Positions 51,791-61,885 of a stretch of DNA of 64,000 nucleotides are shown one piece after another (positions within the stretch are counted from its first letter, which is position 1; each line of letters begins with the position of its first letter). Made by a program: the position numbers and the translations under genes. A model generated the notes under the pieces. That model saw only the letters and a program-made list of their open reading frames with translations, was not told the origin of the DNA and ran no database searches. Origin of the DNA: Lytechinus pictus (lineage: Eukaryota); the NCBI RefSeq assembly GCF_037042905.1, contig NW_026974140.1, positions 9,610,001-9,674,000 of the forward strand, given 5' to 3'.

Positions 51791-53662
51791 ACAGCCGCCC
51801 ATCACTGTCATGTTTGGTAACGAGGGCAGTTTATTGGTCACATGTCCATGGGGAGTGACAAACTAGTTAGGTACACGCGCCCCACCCTCAAAATACCTCC
51901 CAGTTATTTATTAAAGGAAATCTGATCCAGGAACGGTCATACTACACGTAAAACAGGAAGGTCAAACCATTATTTAGCACAGAAATTAAATTAGTGCGTG
52001 TATATAGGAAAATATTTAATGGACGATATATTTCTATAATTGAATGAAAGTGGAAACGAAAAGATTTTGCCCATTCTTTGTTCTTCTTCTTGTACCTTTA
52101 CTCTTCTCCTTCCACTGCTGTTCTTGTTCTACTTTTCTTCTTCTTCTTCTTTTTCTTCTTCTTATAACACGTTCAAAGTGAATCTTATAGACAGTAAAAC
52201 AAATTAAGGGTATTTTACTCCAACTTATTTCAATAAAGCAAAATTACACTTGAATTACGAAATTTACTTAAAATTAATGTTCAATATACGTATCAAAATT
52301 TGTAGAAAATATCTCCGCGTTTTAACATAATTTTAAATCCAGGGTGTGTAAATAATTCTCTTTCTTTGGAAAAACGAAAGAGCAACATTAAACATATCCA
52401 CTGAGTATTTGCAAACGACTTGCTAAACAACACATATTTTGAGAGAAATGTTGGGGGGAAAAGTCGTCTCATTTGCATAATACAGATAAAAAATAAAAAT
52501 ATCAATGCAAAATTTCTATATGCGACACACTCATAGGTTTGTCTTCAACTTAATTGAACTCACCTGCACACCCCACAAACACCCTCACTTTCAATTATAC
52601 TAGCAGATAGGCATCCATGCACACCCCCATTCACACAGGCCAGTCTTTGAATTAGTCATTTTGAATGGGTGCATATAGGTTCTTGAACTTGTTATGACCA
52701 ATTTTAGGTACCACCCCAGAATTTACTGAAATGCATGCTTATTTTAACAATGATTTATATCGAGACTAAATTAATGACAAATTTTATACCGTTTCACTTT
52801 CAAGCAACTTTATTACTACTACCTCATTCGAATTAATTTATAGGTATTGGGTGGAAAAAAAATCATACACATGATCTATTGTTGAAATTGTTATGTTTGA
52901 ATTAGAAAAAAGAAGAAACAAAATATTAATGAACTTCTGTCCATGAACAAAGTCACATTTATTCTTAAAATATAGTTAAACAATATCAATCACACAAAAG
53001 TGGAAAATATGCATGAATAATCCCCCTTTTCTTCTTGTACTGTGTATCTAGTACCTATCAGTTATCAGTTTGGAATATATAACCATCCTTTTCAGAGTAA
53101 ACCCTAAATATGGAAGAAAAAAATTGCCACGAGAAAGCTAAGCAAATATTGTTTCCTCCCTTTTACGACATTTTCCTTTAAGAATTATCAATTTACGAAA
53201 ATATGAATCTCTGAAAGTCAGTTGTATAGGTATTATGAGAGGAACGCTAATGACAGAAAAATGAAATATTATTGTATGTGTGTGTGTGTGTGAGGGTGTG
53301 AGTTCAATGCATGTGTGCGATATAGGAGGTGAATTAAAGTGGGATGTATGATTGCAGTGCTCTTTGGTGTGGTAGTGCCTATAGTTTAAATGAGTAAGAA
53401 TGTGCGTGATTGAGTATAGTGAGTTAATGAATGCATCCCAGGGAATGCATGCTTGTGGGAGTAGGCCTAAATAAAGCTGTGTGTGTGTGTGTGGGGGGTG
53501 CGTACATATGCGTCAGTGTGTCTGTATGTTGTAATTATATTTTTAAGCATTTTGTGTGTTTGTGTGTGTAATAAAAGGGTGAGTGCAATATGTATAGGTG
53601 TCATGAGTGCCTGTGTGTGGGTATGAATATAATTATGATCTTAATTGTGTGAGTAAAGTGTG

Positions 53663-53790
53663 GGGTTCCGTGGCCGAGTTGTCTAAGGCGTCCGATCTCA
53701 TGCAAAGCTGTGGTCGATTTCCGGCAAGGCGTCTTTACCTTTGGACATTAGCAAGTTTTCGCTTTACAACACACGACGGATTCAAGAACA
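53663..53790 (+). mobile_element. Degenerate tRNA-derived SINE head
   Basis: GGTTCCGTGGCCGAGTTGTCTAAGGCG is a Ser/Leu-type A box; the B box is degenerate. Confidence 0.45.
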
Positions 53791-54174
53791 TAGAAAATCT
53801 ATTGTCATTCATGACAATGAACAACCAAGAAGTCTTTAGTAAAAATTGGTTAATCAAAACATCATTTTCGTTCTATAGGCTCTGGACAAACGACCTATTT
53901 GCATGGTTCCAATGGTGATTTCAAATTGGCCACGTTTCGGATAAATCATTACGACTTGAAGTTGATCTTACTATGTGAAATTTGAATATCTAAAGTATTA
54001 GGCATCTCAGTTCAAAACATCAATAGGTATCTTACACGGGAGTATCATACTTATTATTGTTTAACCTATTTTCTCAAAAGAATCATCCTTTACCAAGTTT
54101 CAATTCCCCCTTCAAACTTCCTACTTAATGAAGAAGGTGGAAGAAATTAAAATAATAAAGGAAAAGTAAGACCC

Positions 54175-55431
54175 TTATTTATCAGGAATAGGAAATCCAG
54201 TGACAGTATATTTGCATGACTTTGTCCACCATTTATCCCAGTCGTCCACCACAGGCTTCCTTACATGCTTCCTTTCTTTTTTATCAGACTCAATCTCCTC
54301 ATCCTTTAAAACTCGACGAACGACATTTCTGCAAAGGGATTCAGGTTCGAAGTTAGAATACTGGAGAAAAGATTCAACTGACCCTTCTTTCTTCCACTGG
54401 AAGTATCTGTTATACAGGTCATCATTCTCACTCAGTTCAACAAGGTAGGCCGCAAGTTTCGCTATAGATGGAAAATCTGGGATAAATATGAATGAATTCG
54501 GTGGAGCTTCTTTTAGATAGTTTTCTTTCGGAGCTCCGAACACGATGGGGACCAGACCAAGGGTGAGTGAATTGTACCAGAATTTCTCGGTGATATAATC
54601 CTGGCATTCCGAATTTTCGAGGGCTAGATAAAACCTGTATTCTTGCAGGCCACAGGTAGCTATGTCTTTGCAGGGCCTTGAGCCACAGTGACCGAACGTA
54701 TCAACTCTAATATGACGGGCCAAAGCATTTACAAATCCTGTACGATCATAGGACAGCATTGCAGGGTAACAGTTTGAAGCTACCCAAGCGACTAATTTTG
54801 TTTTATTTTCTGCCCAATTCCTGTTATCATCATTCTGAACAGAGGGCCTTGTTCCATCAAAATAACCATATCCACCCTCAGATAGGTAGGCGTCTTCGTT
54901 AGATGCTCCTTTCCGAAATGACATGATGTAATCATATGTTCTATTTGAATATTCTTGTGGAGGGATGATACGACGCGGAGGGATGTGCCGTGGGCTCTCT
55001 GATGTCCAAAATACCCATTTCTGCCTGTCGGACTGATGCTTCAGTACTGCTTGCCAGTCCCACTTGTGTTTGTAGAAGAGAAAAACGACATCACTTGCAG
55101 CGAGTTCAGTCAGGTTCCGTCCATGCTCTATTTGCACGCCACAAGAAAGACCGGGACAGGAAAACCTACCAACCTTCTTGAAGAGTAGTTTGACGTGGAA
55201 CTCGTCACGCTCATCCAGCCAAGTATAAACCACTTTATAGCACGGTTTACGAGAATCAACCCCTGTCACATTCACCTTGTCCTTCCCTCTCATAGCGCTA
55301 CGAGTTGCCACAAAAATGTGATTAACCGGATTCGGATTTATAAACCGATCGGTTAGTAAACTGCCAATCCATATTACTGGAATACATAACCACAGTGTAC
55401 CAACAAAGAAACTCTTTTTCGCACAAAACAT
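54175..55431 (-). CDS. Alpha-1,3-fucosyltransferase (GT10 family), single-exon CDS, 418 aa, type II membrane protein
   Basis: N-terminal TM segment; WVFWTSESP, WVASNC, and GT10 motif YRFYLALENSECQDYITEKFWYN..LVPIVFG, SFI..DF, YL..L..ND.LY..YF.W; splice acceptor ~110 nt upstream of the ATG (~55543). Confidence 0.95.
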   Translation of the reverse strand: MFCAKKSFFVGTLWLCIPVIWIGSLLTDRFINPNPVNHIFVATRSAMRGKDKVNVTGVDSRKPCYKVVYTWLDERDEFHVKLLFKKVGRFSCPGLSCGVQIEHGRNLTELAASDVVFLFYKHKWDWQAVLKHQSDRQKWVFWTSESPRHIPPRRIIPPQEYSNRTYDYIMSFRKGASNEDAYLSEGGYGYFDGTRPSVQNDDNRNWAENKTKLVAWVASNCYPAMLSYDRTGFVNALARHIRVDTFGHCGSRPCKDIATCGLQEYRFYLALENSECQDYITEKFWYNSLTLGLVPIVFGAPKENYLKEAPPNSFIFIPDFPSIAKLAAYLVELSENDDLYNRYFQWKKEGSVESFLQYSNFEPESLCRNVVRRVLKDEEIESDKKERKHVRKPVVDDWDKWWTKSCKYTVTGFPIPDK

Positions 55432-55613
55432 CTCAGCAACAGGAGGGGAACGAATATATGTGATAAAAAGCTCCTACTGGAAGGTGTTAACGTTGGTAAT
55501 GAGGTGGCAAATGCGTGTGGGTAAAATGACTTGATTAGTGAGCTGAAATAAGAGTAATATATGGAGTGGCCAAATTCGATAAAACATACGGGTTGGAGAC
55601 GATGCGCACTTAA

Positions 55614-56096
55614 CGGGGAAGTTCACCCTGGTGAAAAGTTTGTTGTATACCAGAAAAGAAAGATACCAGAAAAAAAATATATATTGTGGTGAAAATTTGA
55701 GAAAAATCCATCAAAGTTTTAGAAAGTTATTAGATTTTTTTTATTTGTGACGTTATAAACGAGCAGCTGCCTCATATTTCATGTAATATAAAATGTATGA
55801 ATTTCAATTATATAATGGTTCATGATGACTAAAATACCTTTTTTCTTTCAGGAGAAGGTGTAAAGTGATGTATCTGTTGATATACTGAAGGTATAAGAAA
55901 AACATTTACTATTTTGAGAAACTGATATTTCATGGATTTTCTTAACTCATGATATTTATATAGAACGCTGCTCACAGGCTTCACAAATGAAAATAATAAT
56001 AATCTAATAATTTAAAAAATCTTTTATGGATTTTCCTTAAACCTTCACCATCTTTTTTTTATTGTATTCTTTCTATTTTTACGATAATCTTCCCCT
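55614..56096. mobile_element. TTAA-specific MITE (Kolobok-like), degenerate
   Basis: TTAA-CGGGGAAG ... CTTCCCCT-TTAA with inverted arms. Confidence 0.65.
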
Positions 56097-56139
56097 TTAA
56101 CCTGGGAGGAGGGGGGGGGGAGGGGGGGGGGGTATCCGC

Positions 56140-56926
56140 TTCTCATTTTGCAACCATGGTGCCAGATCCATTCTTAAACATACGAAACCATTATTGTACT
56201 CAACGTTGTTAAAAAAAAATCTTGCTGGTATATGCTTATTTCTTTTTCTAAACAGATACGCTGCAGTGTGCAGTGGTTACAGGTTCCTTGATCGGCCATT
56301 AATAACATTTTATCAGGTGAAAGTGTTTTTCTTTTAATTAGAAAACAGATTTCAATTAATCATATGCGAGAGTGCATAGCGACAGAACAAGAAAATCATA
56401 TAGTTGCTAAATGCGGAAAAGGGGCCTGTGTCGGACGGATATTTTTGCACAAGAAGTGGAAGCTTTAAACACGATTGGTAAAAATGGTATGGTCCAAATG
56501 GGTCTCCATCCCGGAAATTTCTCATTTTGCAACCATGGTGCCGTGATTTCAGATCCATTCTAATACGAGTGGGCCCGACTGAAACATACGGAACCATATT
56601 GTACTCAACGTTGTTGAAAAATTCTTGCTGGTATATGCTTATTGCTTCTTTGAAACAGATACGCTGCAGTGTGCAGTGGGTACAGGTTCCTTGATCGGCC
56701 ATTAATAACATTTTTATCAGGTGAAAGTGTTTTCTTTTAATTAGAAAACAGATTTCAATTAATCATATGCGAGAGTGCATAGCGACAGAACAAGAAAATC
56801 ATGTAGTTGCTAAATGCGGAAAAGGGGCCTGTGTCGGACGGATATCTTTGCAAAAGAAGTGTAAGCTTTAAACACGATTGGTAAAAATTGTATGGTCTAA
56901 ACGGGTCTCCATCCCGGAAATTTCTC
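56140..56926. repeat. Direct tandem duplication, two units of ~380-405 bp
   Basis: TCTCATTTTGCAACCATGGTGCC...TCCATCCCGGAAATT repeated at 56141 and 56520. Confidence 0.93.
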
Positions 56927-57419
56927 AAGAAACATTAATTAATAATGTTAGATACACGTACAGGGGCAGTGGGTCAGAGGATTATCCATTGTACATGGGA
57001 GACTTCTATTGTTGCGTCCCCCGAAATACAAAAGATAATCATCAGCTCCGCCCATGCAAACATAGATAGCAAAATTCCTCAACACAATGAAAACAACGAG
57101 TGTCACATAGAGGGGGGGGGGGGGGGGGGGATGCTTACTCCTGATGTTAGGAGTCCACTTGGCCGTCGCCAGTGTGCGCCAGTTGGTGCCAGTTCGCGCC
57201 AACGCAAAGCGGCTGTGGAGCCTAGTGTCGCCAAAAAGGGTGCCTCGTGGCGTGCAGTGGCCCAAACGGGGGCCCAAACTGCCTCCCAACATGCCCAACA
57301 GGCGAGTGGTGGCGCGTAATGCTAGGAGTCCAGTGCGGCGCCAATTATTCCGCTAAACTAGTTTCGTTATGATTGTCGCAGAAATTTAGGACTTACAAAT
57401 AGATAGCAATTTTGCTATC

Positions 57420-58083
57420 CAAAACAGGGCTGGACGGATAATAACCAATGTTAACCCATACTCTCATACTTCAACGGATCAAATTCACAGCCGCCTTGAC
57501 TGGCAAACTCTATTTGACAGGCAAAAAATACATCTCCTACTCTTCACTTATAAAGTATTAAATAACTTGACCCCAGAATATTTGACAGACAGATTCGGTT
57601 TTAAATCTCTTCCATATTCCCTCCGAAATTTTATCATGCTTACATTACCTAAACTAAGCTTCCTCAGCATTTAATAAATTTCTCACTAATCTGCGTCAAC
57701 TTCCCACTGTAACTATTTTTAGAAATCACCTTCATGAACATTACACACTATAGTTTTTATTAACATTAAGTTGTACCTCTTGTTTATGTTTATGTATATA
57801 TTATTTTCTTTTCATATATGTTTTATTTTGTTTTATTTTAGTTTTGTTCTGTAATTCGTTATATCATTATCAATGGATTTTATTTCATGTTATGATTTGT
57901 CATATTAATTGTCGTACATTGCACTGGCCCCATGTAAGACCAGCAGCAACAATTATAGTTGCATCTGAATATGGGCTATCAGCCTTTATTTCATCTTGCT
58001 TGTATATACTGTACATTTTAATTTGTAACATTGTATATTTTCAATCTTACGGAAATAAAAACAACAACAACAACAACAACAAA
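57420..58083 (+). mobile_element. 5'-truncated CR1/L2-group LINE (ORF2 C-terminus plus 3' UTR)
   Basis: Reads QNRAGRIITNVNPYSHTSTDQIHSRLDWQTLFDRQKIHLLLFTYKVLNNLTPEYL...YSLRN, typical of the post-RT region of these LINEs; ends AATAAA + (AAC)n. Confidence 0.8.
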
Positions 58084-58402
58084 TAGTTATACGGGACAAA
58101 AACAAATATTTGACGTCACAAATCAAAAACTTAAGAATGATAATATATTTCTAACCTTTGATGGATTTACCTCAAACCTTCACCAATATTTTTATTAATT
58201 TTTCTGGTACTTTTCTTCGGAGTGAAAACCACCTTTAATATTCATCACAACATACGGTATAATACAAGCATAATATGATATGACACATGACATACTCATT
58301 GATACCGATAATAATACAATATCCTTGGAATAACGTATGTGACATATTTCTTTGGCGGATATAAATTTCACACACGAGTAAATCATTAAGATTTTAATAA
58401 TA

Positions 58403-58607
58403 CACGGTAAAATTGCTGGTTAGAATCCTATACAACTCTGTTTACTAAATGAACCTTACACTAATTGTTTAAACGGTTTAAATAAGTGTTTAAAATCTTC
58501 AATTTAATACATTCTATTCTCAATAAATTATGCCTTTTTTAAACCGCTAAACAACTACTGTAAGGTTCGTAATTAGTGAACAGATAATTTAACAGCGTTT
58601 TACTGTG
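58403..58607. mobile_element. Palindromic MITE with CAC..GTG ends (CACTA/EnSpm-like)
   Basis: TA-CACGGTAAAATTGCTG ... CAGCGTTTTACTGTG-TA. Confidence 0.65.
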
Positions 58608-58973
58608 TAATATTATCTAAATTCTCGATCTTAAAGAGAGCGAGGGGTGAGATATGAAGGCATTCATTATCTTGCACATTTCTAATGATATTTTTCATCA
58701 ATAATGTAAGTATTCTGTCCATGAGTGAAAAAGAGGCTTCATATTGTGTCATGAGGCTTCAGGAAGGCATGTGCGTGAAAAGACAGTTCTCATAATATAT
58801 ATATATATATATATACATATAAACTGTTGGAACTAAGTACAATGCATTACCACTTTGCCTCATTAATATATATATATATATATGACGGTATTACATTCCG
58901 CGTGTTGGTCACAGATGAGATAAAAGAGGCAAAGAGGTAATGCATTGTTATAGTTCCAACAAGGTTTATTTCC

Positions 58974-59018
58974 AAGTCCAAATTTTCGACGTAAACCCAC
59001 GTCTTCTTCAGGGATACA
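58974..59018 (-). ncRNA. Minimal type I hammerhead ribozyme motif (Penelope type), core intact
   Basis: UCC-CUGAAGA-A-GACGU(GGGUUU)ACGUC-GAAA-AUUU-GGA. Confidence 0.7.
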
Positions 59019-59663
59019 ATAAAGCTCACAGTGACAAGATATTGAAATAATAGATGCATTCATGATTATGGTAGTCATGGAAACGCGTCACCATCATAAT
59101 GAAAGCATACTTGAGGCGCAGGCTGTAAAGTTTATTGCGTAAGTGAGGACATCATTGTTATGTCATAATCACTTGCTAATGACGCAACCACAATCATGAA
59201 AGTGCATGAAAAGAATAAGATAATGGATAAAGGCCTATATATCATGATTATGACATAACAATGATGTCCTCACGCAATAATATTTACAGCCTGCGCCTCA
59301 AGTATGCTTTCATTATTATTATTTTTTATATTTTTTATTGCAGGAGTTTCTGCATTTTATTTACAAATCAATGATAAATTAACATATTCACATAATACCA
59401 AACATATAAATGAATACAATTTAAATGTGACAATTGAAGAGATACATTGTAAATAATACAGAAAAGACTGATAATTAAAACATACATAAGCATGTGATAT
59501 AATGAGTTCCGTAAAATACAGGGGCCAGCTATTATAAGCACAAAGGTGCTTGAAGCAATAGCATTCATGATGGTGATGCTTTTTTAACCTGCGCGTTTCC
59601 ATGACTACCATAATCATGAATGCATCTATTATTTCAATATCTTGTCACTGTGAGCTTTATTGT

Positions 59664-59703
59664 ATCTCTGAAAAAGACGTGGGTTTACGTCGAAAATTTG
59701 GAC
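59664..59703 (+). ncRNA. Second copy of the same hammerhead motif with mutated core
   Basis: UCU-CUGAAAA-A-GACGU(GGGUUU)ACGUC-GAAA-AUUU-GGA; core G changed to A. Confidence 0.55.
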
Positions 59704-59735
59704 TTGGAAATAAACTTTGTTGGAACTCAATGCAT

Positions 59736-59891
59736 NNNNNNNNNNNNNNNNNNNNNNNNNNNNNNNNNNNNNNNNNNNNNNNNNNNNNNNNNNNNNNNNN
59801 NNNNNNNNNNNNNNNNNNNNNNNNNNNNNNNNNNNNNNNNNNNNNNNNNNNNNNNNNNNNNNNNNNNNNNNNNNNNNNNNNNNNNNNNNNN
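59736..59891. other. Assembly gap (156 N)
   Basis: Run of N. Confidence 1.
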
Positions 59892-60230
59892 ATGTGAAGT
59901 ACATTATATTGGGGTGTTGAATGGGGAGTTTTCGCAACAGCTACGTAGACGCTTTTTGGAATGTGAAAAATCTATTGTCAAATGCCCTTTATGACACGAA
60001 GGCTTTGTCGAGGTTTGATGAATCGAAACCGCAGTTTTGTCCGTACAAACGACATTTGTGATTTTTCGTCGAACGAGTCTGCTGTTCTGATTCAACTATC
60101 GTCGACAAAGACTTCATTGTGATTTGATTTGCATTTTCAATGCATTTGCTGCGCCGATGATTCATTCCGCGTCGGTGAGCTGAAATTCACTAATAATGAG
60201 TGAGACGTAGCTCTCCACGTAACGTTTGAT

Positions 60231-60272
60231 CCAACAAGCTTTCGGCCATACCGGCCTCCATCAGGCCTACAA
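60231..60272 (-). ncRNA. Penelope-type minimal hammerhead motif, variant core
   Basis: GGC-CUGAUGGA-GGCC(GGUAU)GGCC-GAAA-GCUU-GUU. Confidence 0.5.
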
Positions 60273-60479
60273 ATAAGAAATTAGAATGAGTTCACGCAAA
60301 ATTATATTTCTGCTTTTTCTTCTATTGCGCAACATATCCTTCACAGCGAAGACCTCTTTTTGTGAATAGCTTTGCATTTGTTTAGTTACGTTTACATCAA
60401 TATGATTTCGACCTTTTTGTTCCTTCTCTTTTTTCTTTCCTGTATATATACGCATAATATATGAATAAGTCGACTATAT

Positions 60480-60678
60480 TTTCTTCATTTCCAAGGGGAT
60501 CCACACTTTGCTTTTTAGTGGACCCCCCTCATTTCCATTTATACTCAATATTATACTGTTTTTTGTTTTACGAAGTAAGAATGCTCGTCTGTAAAAGTGT
60601 ACTTGATTTGTATTACTTCATATTACTTTGTATTTTGTTTTGAATGGAAATGGAATAAAGAATTGAATTGAATTGAAT
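60480..60678 (+). mobile_element. LINE 3' end remnant
   Basis: Stem-loop GGGGATCCAC..GTGGACCCC, then GGAATAAA + (GAATT)n tail. Confidence 0.55.
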
Positions 60679-61058
60679 ATTAGGTCCTATCATCAAAAGT
60701 ATAATCACCATATTATTCTCTCTCTGTGTGTGTGTATACAGAGTGAGTCAGAAAAAAATGTCTCATTATATGAAGTTGTCCTGTGTGAAGTATAAACATT
60801 TTATCATTATTGATATGTTCTGATAGCATATTTTGGAACCATTTTCATATCAATCTTTCATGACAAACTACAAGACAATCTCCGTAACATCTCAGTCACG
60901 CCAAGTTGCTGGGGGGGGGGGGTGCAGGGGCAGATCCAAGGGGGGGGGGGAAACCGACTATTATGGTAAGTCTACCATCCAATGGTAACTACCATGGAAA
61001 CAATGCTCATCAGCCAATCAAAATCACGGATTCCATGAAATATACCTTTGGATGGCAA

Positions 61059-61158
61059 ACAGTGCTTGTATAGTGACTGCACTACGAGTGCTGATTGTCT
61101 AGTTCAAATTTAAACTAGAAAATCAGCACTCGTAGTGCAGTCACTATACAAGCACTGT
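61059..61158. repeat. 100-bp near-perfect palindrome
   Basis: ACAGTGCTTGTATAGTGACTGCACTACGAGTGCTGATT..CTAGTT / AACTAG..AATCAGCACTCGTAGTGCAGTCACTATACAAGCACTGT. Confidence 0.92.
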
Positions 61159-61284
61159 AAGTGCTAAATTAGCACTTCATTTTTTACAGAGTAGTAGTTT
61201 TTCTGCAACGGGGGCCCTTTGAGAACAAAACGCTGGAAACCTATTTTTATATTGGCAAAAAGAAGCTGCTGAAAACTGCTTATC

Positions 61285-61885
61285 TAATAAAAGAGAGCCA
61301 ATGGAGTAAATTAGAAAGTCAAAAGGGGCCTAAGCTTTCGATCCTATATTACAGAATCTTCGTCGGAGGCAAAATGACAAACATATAAAGTGGAACAACC
61401 ATAATATAGACCACAGACAAGCTACATCAACACTAGAACCAAGGAGACAAACGGGGCATTAGTGAGTAGAGAAGACCAATCAGGTTAGTGAAGGGGATGA
61501 AAGAAAAGGAGTAGGCAGACACAAAGGGAAGATAGTGTAAGTAAGGCCAGTAAAAGACCTCAAGCCAAGAGGGATTAAGAAAATGAGGCAGGCAACATCA
61601 AACAGGATCTGGAACAAAACAGGGATAGAGGGTATGAGGAAGAGATGAATAACAAGAGAATTAGCGAGAGGTGGGTCAAACAGGTTACAAAGAAAGGCAT
61701 AATAAACGGGTGCATAAGAGTGGGGAAAAAAGGAAAAGAATGGGGAACAACTGATAATGTGCAAAAGACATAAGTAAAAGTATATATGATAAAGCCTTAA
61801 ACAAACTAAGAGAAGAAGGTAAGTGTAAAGATGTAACTATGGATTGTTCCCCATTCTTTTCCTTTTTTCCCCACTCTTATGCACT
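61285..61885 (-). mobile_element. Penelope-like element remnant with hammerhead motif (61328-61370) and short terminal inversion
   Basis: GCCU-CCGACGAA-GAUUCU(GUAAUAU)AGGAUC-GAAA-GCUU-AGGC; 61710-61750 is repeated in inverted orientation at 61844-61884. Confidence 0.65.

Larger units (their letters stand above)
58822..59735. mobile_element. Penelope-like element remnants in inverted orientation
   Basis: 58940-59175 is inverted against 59245-59735, with a LINE 3' end inserted at ~59315-59570; each arm carries a minimal hammerhead motif. Confidence 0.7.

Noticed and set aside
56945-57356. Overlapping GC-rich ORFs as a small gene
   Set aside because: No recognisable protein; GCGCCA-type repeats suggest a transposon terminal fragment
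59601-59994. ORFs spanning the gap
   Set aside because: Artifacts of the N run
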